Assembly (NCBI GenBank): GCA_001599295.1
Contig: BCGN01000005.1
Coordinates: 124,001 to 188,000 of the forward strand
Reading direction: 5' to 3'
From: Sporopachydermia quercuum
Taxonomy: Eukaryota
DNA: 64,000 nt
Of the stretch, positions 23,412 to 35,072 are shown piece by piece. Each line of letters starts with the position of its first letter. Position 1 is the stretch's first letter. A model generated the notes under the pieces. That model saw only the letters and a program-made list of their open reading frames with translations, was not told where the DNA came from and did not search any database. Made by a program: the position numbers and the translations under genes.

Positions 23412-24102
23412 CTACATAAACACTGTTTGCTGAGGTAAAATGTTGAAAGATTCACCATTTTCCCGAACCGTCTCTTCATTCACATCTCTCTTCAGACTTT
23501 TTCTCATATCAAAGGCATCAATTTCATCATCTGTTACATTCACATCAAGCTCCTCTTCTCCAGTACCATAGTACCCTATCACTCGTCTGAACACCGAATA
23601 ACCTAGATTCCTGTACATCTTCAAAGCCACATGGTTTGTTGCCCTTACAAAAAGATCAATAAAGTATGTATTCTGTGCTTCTAATTCAGACTGTGTCTCG
23701 AGAAACTGACAGAGGTGTGAAGCGAGACCTAATCGACGATACATTGGTCCTACAGTAACAGCTGTAATATGAGTGTGCCATTCCTTTCTACTACCTTCAG
23801 TTTTTGCAATCACTAGATAAGCATTAGCAATCGGCAGAAATAGTCAAAACAAAAAAAAAAAATTTCAATTAATTAACAACAATCCTGTAATTTTCCTTCT
23901 ACTACTATAAACATTCAGTCTCATATAACTTACTGTATCCTGTTGGCTCATTAGCCATATTGACGGTTTTGAAACAGATTTCAGGCCATTGAGTCAAATA
24001 TTGTAGGTAAAACCCAATATGGAAGTTTTCTGTCAAAATATCCAGATTAATGGCATTCATTTCAAACAGATCGGTAGCTCTAAAAGGCCTAAGGGAAGTC
24101 AT
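23412..24102 (-). CDS. NAT3: NatB N-terminal acetyltransferase catalytic subunit; exons 24102-23934 and 23812-23412
   Basis: Intron 23933-23813 (GTAAGT...TGCTAAT...TAG) joins PTGY-M-IAKTEG. Motifs NLDILTENF, WHTHITAVTV, FIDLFVR, GYSVFRRV.GYY and DAFDMRK. Confidence 0.95.
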
Positions 24103-24328
24103 CGTTTACAATGTTTCTACTGAGTACTTGTAAATGCATCTCTTGTGTTCGGAATAACTGCAGCTCCAACAGCATTATCATTTTCTGCCAAATTGAACAA
24201 CTCTATTGACAAAAACTATATAGGTTCAATAAAGCCTCTTCCTATTATATCTTATCTTGTTGTGATCCTTCTTTTCTCCCTTTTCAAGATGTTCCTTTAT
24301 TTCGCATCAATTTACTCCATTTTAATAT

Positions 24329-24357
24329 AATTTCCGAGATACTAGAAGTTCGGAAAT
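24329..24357. promoter_or_regulatory. Imperfect inverted CCG-N14-CGG element in the NAT3/SCD6 divergent promoter
   Basis: AATTTCCGAGATACTAGAAGTTCGGAAAT is 25/29 identical to 52264-52292. Confidence 0.45.
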
Positions 24358-24888
24358 GATCTGCAATTTAGACCTACTGCATATAACTATTGCACCTACC
24401 ACATCACATATGCATTTTTTCCCACCAACTTTGTGCAAGTAATTCGTTTATTCAACTTAAACTACTGGAGAATTTTTCTCAGTACCTCCTCCCTTCTTTT
24501 CTTCTACCTTTTCATCATTCATCAATGACAATACTTCGAATTAGATTCCTTGTTTCAGAAGAATCAATAATTTTGTAATATACATTTGATTGTTCAATAT
24601 TTAAAAGCTCTATTTTTNGATATTATTTTAAGGGGTTAACAGCAGTTCCTCATGATAGTAATTGATTAATTGCATGATTCACAATCAACAATAGTTCCCA
24701 AAGAACAAGATTGCTGATGATTATTTTTGAACGCTGTTGATCAGTCATAAAGAATTAGTCAAAGAAAATTTACTCCATTGTTGGTTGCATTTGACTTTTT
24801 ACTCAAAAATAGCAAGTTAATACTTTAACTGAGGAGCATTGCATTTACGATTTACTGGGAGTTGTAAAACAGAAATAATAAAATAGAA

Positions 24889-26075
24889 ATGGCTAGTTAC
24901 ATAGGGAAAACAATCTCATTGATCTCTACCAAAGGCATCCGCTATGTTGGTACTTTGGATGATATCAATGGAGAAAGTGCCACAGTATCGCTTAGAAATG
25001 TGCGATCTATGGGTTCTGAGGGCAGAATTGGAGACCCTACAAAGGAAATCCCTGCTGGTAACCAGGTTTTCGAATATGTCGTGTTCAGAGGNTCAGATGT
25101 TCAAGATTTAGATGTTTTAGATGAGGCTCCTACTGTACCAGCACAAATTGCTGACGATCCAGCTATCATTCAGGTATGTTAATTTTGTCTTGTTGCGGTA
25201 TAATTCTTTTGAATATTCACTGAATGATGAAAAATTTTCGGATGTAAATTTGTTTCACCTGAAAGCGCAAAAACCATGTGGATATCTTCCGTTGCCTTCC
25301 TTCTGATCCTTTGAATCTATTCATTAGTCTGATATTGATATCACTAGCAACTTGCTGTATTGTATTGTTACTAACTGTTTGATAGACTACCGCAAATGTG
25401 CCTGCTCCCANTCAAACTCCTGTTTCCGTTCCCGCACCCGTACCAGCCGCCGCCGGGCCTGTTCCAGCTCAACCACAACAATATACCCAACAAACTACCA
25501 TTTTCAACCCACCAATTGCTCCACAACCGATTCCTGATCAAGCTCAATTTACGAAACCTTCTTCAGAACCGAGATCTGTCTATACAGTTGAAAAGAAACA
25601 CCCNCATCCTCCCAAACCTCCAAAGGTCGTGGTACCTGATACTGAATTTGATTTTGATGCAAGTAACGCCAAATTCCATAAAGAAGAAGTCAAGTTAGAA
25701 GTCACTGGAGAAGCTCAAGATACTGGGGAAGAGAAGCAGGAGGTTGAAATTCCTCCCCCTGAAGAGTTTTACAACAAAAAGTCATCTTTCTTCGACAACA
25801 TTTCGAGTACTATCAAGGATAGAGCTGAAGGTGTTGAAACTGGAGGTAACATGAGATGGGGCGAAGAAAAGAAATTGAATATTGAAACTTTTGGTCAAGA
25901 AAGTACCAGAAACAATTTCAACAACAGAGGCAGGCATTCGAGAGGTAGAAGGGGTGGTTATAGAGGCAATCGTGGAAATGGTAATAGAGGTGGCTATCGT
26001 CGTTACAACAACTATAATAACAATAATAATAACNGCTTCACAAATAGTAACAATCAAAATAATGAAGCTATATAG
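24889..26075 (+). CDS. SCD6: Lsm14/Scd6 translational repressor (Lsm domain, FDF, FFD, TFG, RGG tail); exons 24889-25173 and 25386-26075
   Basis: YIGKTISLIS..GIRYVGTL, SMGSEGR, FDFDASNAKF, SSFFDNIS and NIETFG. The intron is GTATGT...TACTAAC...TAG, phase 0. Confidence 0.95.
25220..25308 (+). ncRNA. SNR52: Intronic box C/D snoRNA, snR52-like, predicted to guide 18S rRNA Am420 (S. cerevisiae numbering)
   Basis: C box ATGATGA at 25224-25230, D' CTGA at 25259-25262, C'-like ATGTGGA at 25276-25282 and D box CTGA at 25303-25306. The guide GTTGCCTTCCTT pairs with 18S AAGGAAGGCAGC, placing A420 at D+5. A flanking stem GAATATTCA/TGAATCTATTC is present. Confidence 0.82.
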
Positions 26076-27620
26076 TTGAAGTCTCTGAACTATATAGTTA
26101 CGAATAATGTATCCATAGCAAATTTATGAAAGATTAGAAACTATTTTCTATATCAATTAAACCAATGTCCTAATGAGTATTGTAGATTCTAAAGTAACCC
26201 TGAAAGCCTATTGATTGGGAAGAGGTAAGTTCTCACAATGAACAACTCAAATGCTATTGTTCGTTTCACTTTCACAGGTTCTGTTGTTTCTATCTACAGT
26301 ATAACCTTATTCAGTCAAACCTTCACGGCCAACACGAACATAGTGTCTCCTCCTATATCAATTAATGCTGTTAGTCCCATAACACATGAAATTTTCAAGT
26401 CATGTGATCTTACTCGTTTTCTCCCCACCTATTTTAAAGCCGCTCGGAACAAAGCTAGGACCGAAAAGTTACATGTTGTTTAAACACTAAACAATCAGCC
26501 TCGGTAAAAGACTTGAGGTGAGATCATGAAAGCGTTCAATAAGGAAGATGAACAGATAGATAGATCAAGATGAGGTCAACGGTTAGCAGCAACTGATTCG
26601 ATGATTCTTGAATACAATTTCTTCGCTTCGAATTTTTTATATATCTTGAATATATACGTTTATTGATTTATTTGTTCAATTTATAATCAAAAACTGACAG
26701 CAATTCATCCTTGTATCTCAGTACATGACATAATTGCATCCTTCGTTATGGTAACTGCTGATGAAATCAAAAGCCAGTCAGTACCTACTATGGAACTATG
26801 CCTGTATTTTCAATATAATCTTCACACTACAAGTATCAGGAATTGAACGTACACTCGTAATTTAAATCAATACAACATACTCATTCACATCATATAAAGT
26901 AATCCCTATACACTAACTTCATATCAGCTTCCATCTTCTAAACTAAACCTTGCCCCATCGCCGACTACATAATTTTTAAGCTCTAGCTTATCAATATCTA
27001 ACTGCTATTATTCTTTCGATATAATGTCAAAAAGCTACNAAACCCCATCTTTTAGCCCCATTTAAAAGCTTGGTTACCCTGGCCCTCTCGGAGGTTAAAC
27101 GGCTATCAGTCATAAATAAACTTTCAAAGTACTCACTATAGTGACAAAGTTTAATTTATGTGGAGTACTTTAAACAGAGGACTAATTGTCGAGATCCAGT
27201 TTATTTTATTTATATACTTATGATTCAGTTTTTACAAATATAATGTTATTTACTTTCTTTCTTGTCTTTCTATTGAATATAGCTAGACTTCTGTTGTAGG
27301 TTTTATTACAACAACAGGATCCAACCAGAAGTGCCAGCATTACTGTTTCCTTGTGAAAAGTGAATGTTAACATAAGTACAGTGAGGCCTTAAGTTCAGTT
27401 AGTTCCTTTGCNGTTGGATTATATTAGAATTGTTCTTTATAACAAGTGTATTGTTTCATAACTGGTGAAAGCAAATTACGGTGTAATTGGGATTCAAATC
27501 CAGTTGAGCGATCGGATATTTAGTTGGCATTAGCCTGTTGTTTTTGCTCAGTATTGTGGCTGTCAATTGAGAGTGAAGACCCAGTAGTAGTCCAATAATA
27601 CAAGAATATACAAAGGTACA

Positions 27621-28613
27621 ATGGGAGCTATTTCAAAACAAGAATTAGAGCCTTTATCACCATGGGGCAAAGCAGTAGCAGGAGCCCTTGGAGCTATATG
27701 TGCGAATGCATCTGTTTATCCCTTAGATCTGATTAAAACAAAGTTGCAGGTTCAAATAAAGAAGCCTTCTGATTTAGAGAAAGGAGACGCAAATGCAGAA
27801 GTGGACAATGATGAGTATTTCACATCAACATGGGATGCTCTAAAGAAGATATATCGTAAGAAAGGATTAAGAGGGTTGTATGCAGGAATGCTTGGATGCT
27901 TATTAGGGATTGCATCTATGAATTTTGCTTACTTTTATTGGTATTCATTAATTCGAAATTACTATGTCAAAAGGGGTGGTAGTAATAAAGCATTAACCAC
28001 TGGTTTATCTACAGCGGCCGAGTTATCAATTGGAGCACTTGCAGGTACGGTTGCTCAGTTGCTTACTATTCCAGTTTCTGTTGTTACAACAAGACAACAA
28101 ACTGATACGTCTGCTAAACCACCCACTTTATTGCANGCTGGTCAGGAGATCATTTCTGAAGATGGAATAAGTGGTTTATGGAGAGGTATGAAAGCCTCGT
28201 TAATTTTGGTTATTAATCCAAGTATAACTTACGGCTCTTTTGAAAGATTGAGGGCTTTATTGTTCAACAACAAACAAAACTTATCTGCAAAAGAATCCTT
28301 TGTTCTAGGTGCTATGGCTAAAAGTCTTGCAACAATTGCAACACAGCCATTGATTGTTTCTAAAGTAATGACTCAAACTAAGGCATCAAAGAATGCTAAA
28401 CAGTTCAATTCTTTTGTTGATGCTTTGGTCTACTTAGCCAAATATGAGGGACTGACTGGTTTGTTTAAAGGGATTGGTCCTCAATTGAGTAAAGGCATAG
28501 TCGTTCAAGGCTTACTATTTATGTTCAAAGATAAGATTGAACTTCTCCTCAAATTAATTATTCGTTTCATCAAAGTTAAGTATACAGGAATTAAATCTCT
28601 TAGAAGACATTAA
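27621..28613 (+). CDS. ANT1: Peroxisomal adenine nucleotide transporter (mitochondrial carrier family)
   Basis: Carrier signature YPLDLIKTKLQVQ, plus NFAYFYWYS, TIPVSVVTTRQQT, LVINPSITYG and LFKGIGPQLSKG. Linked to SCD6/NAT3 as in S. cerevisiae. Confidence 0.9.
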   Translation: MGAISKQELEPLSPWGKAVAGALGAICANASVYPLDLIKTKLQVQIKKPSDLEKGDANAEVDNDEYFTSTWDALKKIYRKKGLRGLYAGMLGCLLGIASMNFAYFYWYSLIRNYYVKRGGSNKALTTGLSTAAELSIGALAGTVAQLLTIPVSVVTTRQQTDTSAKPPTLLXAGQEIISEDGISGLWRGMKASLILVINPSITYGSFERLRALLFNNKQNLSAKESFVLGAMAKSLATIATQPLIVSKVMTQTKASKNAKQFNSFVDALVYLAKYEGLTGLFKGIGPQLSKGIVVQGLLFMFKDKIELLLKLIIRFIKVKYTGIKSLRRH

Positions 28614-28708
28614 TCAATTAATGAGATGAATAATTTATATTGTATACTGTATTTCATGTCCTCCTTCTACACTTTGAAGAGATAAATTATTCCACAGTAG
28701 ATTAACTC

Positions 28709-30190
28709 TTACATCCATAGCAACAGCTTTTTATCAACTCCACCTGAGACCAATACCTCCTTCCCATTTATGTATCCAGTTGCAAGGGTTCTGATACGAT
28801 CGGTATGACTGTTGAGCACTATTTCAACTTCCCCAGACAGTAAATCCAAGCCTCTAATTTTTCCATCATCACCTGCTACCCAAATACCTGATCCATCAGG
28901 TCTCCAGCATATTTTAGCAATTGAGTACTTATCTTGAGGTGAATGTGTAATATAATTACTAATAATCAAGCCATCAATTGCACTCTGCGGAACCTCATAA
29001 CGAACATTATTCTCACTTTCAAAGACGTTTGGTTCAGGATCTTTACTCAAATCTGGCATCCTAACGCTTAGAAGTCTCATAAATGGAACATGAGACGTAG
29101 CAATTGCAGCAGTCACATTTGATAAATCAGAAAACCCTGCAGAACTGTGAGGTTTTAACGCAATATCCATCGGTGTGAACTCGTGTACCATATATCTAGC
29201 AGCGTTTAGATTGACTTTGCATACTTCTGACAGTTCAATACCAACATTTAATTCTTCATTTGCTGTAGGCGTGTCTGAATCTCTGATCTCTTTGTATTTA
29301 TAGTAAGTCAACAATTTTGAGTCTTGTCGGATTACTAGAACAAACAGTTCATTCAATTCTTTGATATAAATCATTTCCAGCCCTGTTGGAACACTATTGC
29401 ATTTTTTCCACCCAAATTTAACCAGCTCATAGTTTTTAGTAATTGTGAATAACCCGATCATCGAATCATACCCAGCAGTAGCAATGAAGTCATCCTTTAC
29501 AACCATTGAGCATAACATTCTTTTATGAGCTACTATCTCACTTTGAATTATGATGTTCTTTCCTAAGTCATTCTTATTGATATCAATCAATATCAATTTC
29601 CCATCTAAGCCTCCAGATAGGAGATATAGCTGATCAACAACATGCAAAGCTCTCACAGCAGAATTGTGGACCTTTTCAAACACCTTTACTAATTCAAATG
29701 TGATACCTGAATAAATACGAATATTTTTGTCTGAGGTAGAAGCAATGATGCAGGGAATCAGCTCGTCACCTATCAGCAGATCATCTATTATAACACATAT
29801 GATTGCTGATGGGGGAGGAAAAGAATTAGATTGGAATAAATCGTTAGAGGTTTTAGGAATCTTTTCTCCCCATCCTTTCACTATTGCTTTTACTTCTGCT
29901 GTAGTATTACGATCGCTATCTGAGAAAGAAACAAGCTGCTTCCTTCTTTCATCTAAGAGATTTTCCAAATCCACTGTTGAGTCACATTCNTTGAGATACT
30001 GGTTGAAAAATTTACCTTCTAACCCGAGTTCACTTTCAAATGCCGATAGAGTCTAAATAATATTTTTTTAATAACATTATACCAGCAATTTGCATTGAAG
30101 TAAACCATTTGTTAAAGAACATACCTTTAGTAAACCATTCTTCTGAAGATAATGTGCAACCACCACATGGGCACTGTCATCTGTATTCAT
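28709..30190 (-). CDS. LisH + WD40-repeat protein (YGR117C-like); exons 30190-30125 and 30052-28709
   Basis: Joining exon 1 (MNTDDSAHVVVAHYLQKNGLLK) across a 72-nt GTATGT...TAG intron to TLSAFESELG rebuilds a LisH motif. WD repeats include ASTSDKNIRIY, LLSGGLDGKL, ATAGYDS, VAGDDGKIRG and LVSGGVDKKLLLW. Divergent from RPS23, like YGR117C/RPS23A. Confidence 0.8.
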
Positions 30191-30488
30191 ATTGTATTCT
30201 CAAAAGATTGAATTGCAACATGTGACAAAATCTGTAGGGCAAGAATTTACCTTTGTACAAGATTTCAGTTGGAAATCAATTCAGATCATTAAAGAATCTG
30301 CCATCTTGAGAGATTCCTGTAGTAAATATACATCTACAATGCTCCTGGTTAACATTCTGATTAATAGAAAGATAATGGATCCAGTTACTCGATCAATGAT
30401 ATCATTATTCATGTACAGCTATGCACGTTTTGAAATGTTGCATAGACATATCTCAAAACAATTGAGCCCTATATATATCATATGCGTA

Positions 30489-30495
30489 TCACGTG
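30489..30495. promoter_or_regulatory. TCACGTG E-box (Cbf1-type) in the LisH-WD40/RPS23 divergent promoter
   Basis: Exact TCACGTG about 310 bp upstream of RPS23. Cbf1 sites occur in ribosomal-protein promoters of some yeasts; a short motif is only suggestive. Confidence 0.3.
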
Positions 30496-30801
30496 CTTTG
30501 TGTTCCTAAAGGTCACGCTATAAATACCCAAAATGGAAATTATATTTGACTGTTTGTTGAGTACTTTGCACTTTTGTTTTTAAGATTGCTCCTTCGACAG
30601 ACTCAAACTCCATGCCACACAGTATGATGCCTCGTTCTATACGATACCAACACTCACGTTGCACACTACAATCTTTCTCATATTCAACAGAAATTATATG
30701 CTCTCATTTCCTTACAACTACTTGTAATAATTGTAGGAATAGGTTTAGGATCGTTTCAGATATCAACGACTAATCTTATAAACAACAAATAGATATTCAA
30801 A

Positions 30802-31528
30802 ATGGGTAAGGGAAAGCCAAGAGGACTAAACTCCGCTAGAAAGCTCAGAGTTCACCGTCGTAACAAGTAAGTTGAAATCCTGAATATAATATGTCGAAAC
30901 AGTTGCATNAGTTGATCCCCCGAAATATACAAAGTGAACTTATATCCACACAATTATCATCGATTATTCAAATACATCAAGCTATTGAAATTCAGATGAA
31001 CTACAAAGATTTTCAGCAAGTAAGAGGTAAAAAGAGGTTTATCTCTTCAGAATTAGAGTGCCCAATTTATATGATTATTCGCCAATTGGAAATCTAGTCA
31101 ATGCAAATGTTTTTTTTTAAATGATAGAAATTTCAATATACTAACTACTTTATAGCCGATGGGCTGATCAACAATACAAGAAGAGACTCTTGGGAACTGC
31201 CTTCAAGTCCTCTCCTTTCGGTGGTTCTTCCCACGCTAAGGGAATTGTCTTGGAAAAGATCGGTGTTGAAGCTAAGCAACCCAACTCCGCTATCAGAAAG
31301 TGCGTTCGTGTCCAACTTATCAAGAACGGTAAGAGGGTTACCGCTTTCGTTCCCAATGATGGTTGTTTGAATTATGTTGACGAAAACGACGAGGTTTTGA
31401 TTGCTGGTTTCGGTAGAAAGGGTAAGGCTAAGGGTGATATCCCTGGTGTCAGATTCAAGGTCGTTAAGGTCTCTGGTGTCTCTCTTTTGGCCTTGTGGAA
31501 GGAAAAGAAGGAAAAGCCCAGATCATAA
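30802..31528 (+). CDS. RPS23: 40S ribosomal protein S23 (uS12); exons 30802-30866 and 31156-31528
   Basis: [39 protein letters not shown] and [15 protein letters not shown]. The intron is GTAAGT...TACTAAC...TAG, after nt 65. Confidence 0.98.
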
Positions 31529-32077
31529 ATGGGTTGCAATACTTTGTCACATTTCTTGAACATATTTACATTGGTAAATATCAATTACATGTATGGTCTT
31601 GACCTTTCATAATGTTAAAATAATTATAAACTCTTTTACTTTTGTTGTAGGATACAATCACACTAAAAAATAATGACTCGTTGAATGTTTTATTATCACT
31701 TGATTAATTGAAGCGATGGTTTTATGGGAAAGGTTTCTGGTTGTACTGATTATCGTTGTCATGGACAAGGTTGGAAACAAAGGTTATTTGAAATCTAGTA
31801 CCTCCTAAACTGAAAGGTAAACGGAAATTATCAAACAACATAGTATATTTTATAGGCTTCATGATTGAACTAGAGACAGTGTATAAAATACTCTATTCGA
31901 TGGTACCTCCTAAATCATACAAAAGCACAGCAATGTCACAAAGGAAAAGAAATCATATGAAAAAAACGTTCACTACAATCGATTTGACCTTTAAATTTAT
32001 TTTTAGAGGATTACAATAATCATTATTCTATTCTTCGTCCTTGACTGTTATCATCCCCATCTAGTTTACACAATTAT

Positions 32078-33322
32078 CTATTTCAACCCCAATCCTCTAC
32101 CTTCAATACTGACAGAAGCTTTTTTGACTGAATTACTCTTCTTCCTGTTCGCCATCTTCATTTTAATTCTCTTGTATTGTTCATCATTATTGATCTTGGA
32201 TCCAGAACCACCTTTAGCAATTGATACCCTTGGTGCATATTTATAAGCTGAAGCAGTAGCTGTTGGAATTGCAGCTCTATTTCTTCTAATAGCACTCTCT
32301 TCTGCAAGTGTCTTTGGTCGGGAACGATGTTCGTCATCTTGTAGTTTATGTAATGATGCACTAGCTGGCTCCNCACGATAGTCCTTGGTTTCAATGTGTC
32401 TTGTACGGTAATTATCAGATCGTCCCATGATTGGTCTTGTCCAATCGCTTACCAATTTATCAGCCATTCTTTTGATTGATGGTTCAATTCTATTAGACCG
32501 TTGATAGAAAATCATTACTTTACCTAAACCAGACTCTCTTAAATGCTCTTTCTTGATAGGCAATCGAACAATAGCATCGAACAATTCTTTCTGAATAGTA
32601 TATGATGGTAATGAAGCGTCAGACAAAGGTTCTAACCAGATTCTAATTGATTCCAATAAATTGTTATCAAGAATTGAATCAGCCAAATTTGATTTCTTCA
32701 AAATAGCAGTAACCTCAGGCAATAATCTCAATTTAGATGTAGCGACTTTCTTTTCTCTTACTGCCTCAGAATCAATATAAGCTGCTTCACGCATCTTATC
32801 ACGAAGTTTAGCAATCTTTTCATCTTGCATCATTTCTATATCATCTTCATTTAATTTCTTCGTACGTTTTGTTCCAGTCTTCAAAGCTGCATCTAATTTA
32901 TCTTCCAACTCCTTTCTCTTCCTCTCTTGCGGTGTTAAACTGCTGTATGTGCCACCAATACCATCTCCGCCATTATCACGTTCAACATCAGATCTATCAA
33001 CATGTGTGTCTCTTCTCTTCTCCTTCACAGTTGAATCATTTCCAGAAGTTGAGCTCGACTTCTTGTGTCTACCAAGTTTATGCACTTCTTCATCCAAGTC
33101 AGCTGTTCTTGGTTGATCATCTTCAAGGTCGTTCACCTCTTTTTCTATTTCTTCGCCATCTGAATCAATATTGGAGTCGGAGTCATTTTCGTCTTCACTA
33201 ATATTTTTTTGTTGTTGATTGTTGTTTGATGTTTCTCCGGCCATTTCAACTTCACTTTCACGTTCTCCTTCCAAATGATGACGCGCATCAATAACAACAG
33301 AGTTATCTTCTGTCTCTGACAT
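32078..33322 (-). CDS. SPN1: Transcription elongation factor Spn1/Iws1
   Basis: ILDNNLLESIRIWLEPLSDASLPSYTIQK, LRESGLGKVMIFY, WTRPIMGRSDNY and C-terminal SIEGRGL. Confidence 0.95.
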   Translation of the reverse strand: MSETEDNSVVIDARHHLEGERESEVEMAGETSNNNQQQKNISEDENDSDSNIDSDGEEIEKEVNDLEDDQPRTADLDEEVHKLGRHKKSSSTSGNDSTVKEKRRDTHVDRSDVERDNGGDGIGGTYSSLTPQERKRKELEDKLDAALKTGTKRTKKLNEDDIEMMQDEKIAKLRDKMREAAYIDSEAVREKKVATSKLRLLPEVTAILKKSNLADSILDNNLLESIRIWLEPLSDASLPSYTIQKELFDAIVRLPIKKEHLRESGLGKVMIFYQRSNRIEPSIKRMADKLVSDWTRPIMGRSDNYRTRHIETKDYRXEPASASLHKLQDDEHRSRPKTLAEESAIRRNRAAIPTATASAYKYAPRVSIAKGGSGSKINNDEQYKRIKMKMANRKKSNSVKKASVSIEGRGLGLK

Positions 33323-34005
33323 TTTGGATTTTTCTTGTCAGTTCAGAATGACACTATCAACGATACTTTTGCTATCCTTTTATGTAGATAAGCCAATTAA
33401 AATTAGTTTGATGCAACCAATTCTTATTCCAGATTACCCGCTTCCTTTGCAATTCTACGATACTGAAGTGGTTTACTTAGAATCTTCTCTTTCTTTTTCT
33501 CTCATTCAAAACTATCAACCAATTAATAACCAATCTTTACCAACAAGTATTACAATTTGATTTTTATATTCCCTGAATTAATTTAGCCTTCTATCACTTC
33601 TTTACCTGAGCCCATCATCCAATCTCACTCTTCACTTCTCTCGCCTCACGTACTTTTACATAGATTTGTGCCCAAAAAGACCATACCATTTAAATGAAAT
33701 AAAAGTGTAAGAGACTGATTACGTGAACAATGCACAACAAAATGCAAATTTACCCGGCGTAACACAAAAAATATGCTAAAATTTGAAGTCTCGTGATGCT
33801 CCCCTTCGTCGAGATGATTTGCCTTTTGTATGTGAAATTTGAAAATTATACATACATTTTTGATACCAACAATAAACGATNAAAATGTTATATCCTATGA
33901 ATTATGTTAGAAAAGAATCTTTATTCACCGAAATATTATTGAAAGTAGAGAAGAGTTGATATTATTTCAGAATTACAGTATCAATAGCACAAGCGCAAAT
34001 TCAAG

Positions 34006-34270
34006 ATGTTTAACGGACAAGCCCCTGACCCAGCTGAAGCTGAGAAGGAAAAGCAACAAATGAATGCTATTGCCAATAAGACTATTCAGAATGCTATTTA
34101 CCTGGCTATTGTTTTATGGACTGGTAAGTATCTGATAATCCGATTATATGATGAAGACAAACGAAGCAGTTTTAGTTCAATTGCTCTGAGTGCTATTTAT
34201 CGCGTATCGTACTAACATATTAATCAATGTAGTGCCTCTTGCTTATGGTGTATTCAAGGGAAAATTCTAA
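34006..34270 (+). CDS. TOM5: Mitochondrial outer-membrane translocase subunit Tom5 (51 aa); exons 34006-34123 and 34233-34270
   Basis: Spliced product is MFNGQAPDPAEAEKEKQQMNAIANKTIQNAIYLAIVLWTVPLAYGVFKGKF. The intron is GTAAGT...TACTAAC...TAG. Divergent from SPN1, as in S. cerevisiae. Confidence 0.88.
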
Positions 34271-35072
34271 ATGTCAAGAAATGATATCTCCATGAGAATA
34301 ATAGATAGTTGAATTTAATCCTAGGTTATTCTAGAATATTGTATTATTATTGGTTATGTATATATGTGATGTGAATTTAATAATAATAACAATATTTAAC
34401 ATTCAAATAATTATATAATTTATGCAGTGAAAGTAGTTTGTTATATAAGTACCAGAAGTGTATATTANTATACGAAGAGATGTGGTTAGAAGCAATGTAA
34501 TGAATGTCATCAGTTGTATATTAATTCTCCAGAATTATGTAATCTTTCATATTCAATTTTATGTTGTTGAGTTTATTACGATAACTTGTTCATTGTAACA
34601 TACCATTTGCTTATAGACGAATACGAACTGATAGGCACTGAAAAGTAAACCTGAATCTGAATTTTCATGTTCGTATGAATAATGTATTACACTGATTCAA
34701 TTCATTATGATGCCTTATCAGATTGAATACTAATAAATTCAGAATTACTTCTTCTATGAGATAATCAGACTTTTGAAATTCGATCTGAATTATTGACTTT
34801 TAGTACAAAATTTATTCATATTCATTGGCTGTTAATTCATGAACTTATCCTATGATAGGAAAGAAAGGAAACAGGATAACTGCAACATCCACAAAATTAA
34901 CCAGTCTGAAGGTCAGTTGTTGCCCTCAATTGAACTATAAACCTAGTAAATCATATACTATCGTTCTTAATTCATACGATTAACTTACCTTACGAATATT
35001 CGGATGTTCTGTAATAAGTGTTTTCGTAAAAAACTAACGATTTTATAACACTTTGCGCTNNTCGTACTCACA

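Noticed and set aside
26446..26504. CGG...CCG Gal4-like site and CCTCGG (FarA/Por1-like) upstream of ANT1
   Set aside because: The CGG-CCG spacer is 13, not 11. The single 6-mer lies about 1.1 kb upstream and cannot be distinguished from chance.
34148..34189. ATGATGA...CTGA pair in the TOM5 intron resembling a C/D snoRNA
   Set aside because: Only 42 nt from box to box with no C'/D'. The candidate guide pairs imperfectly with 18S near 541-550 and would not place the known Am541 at D+5.
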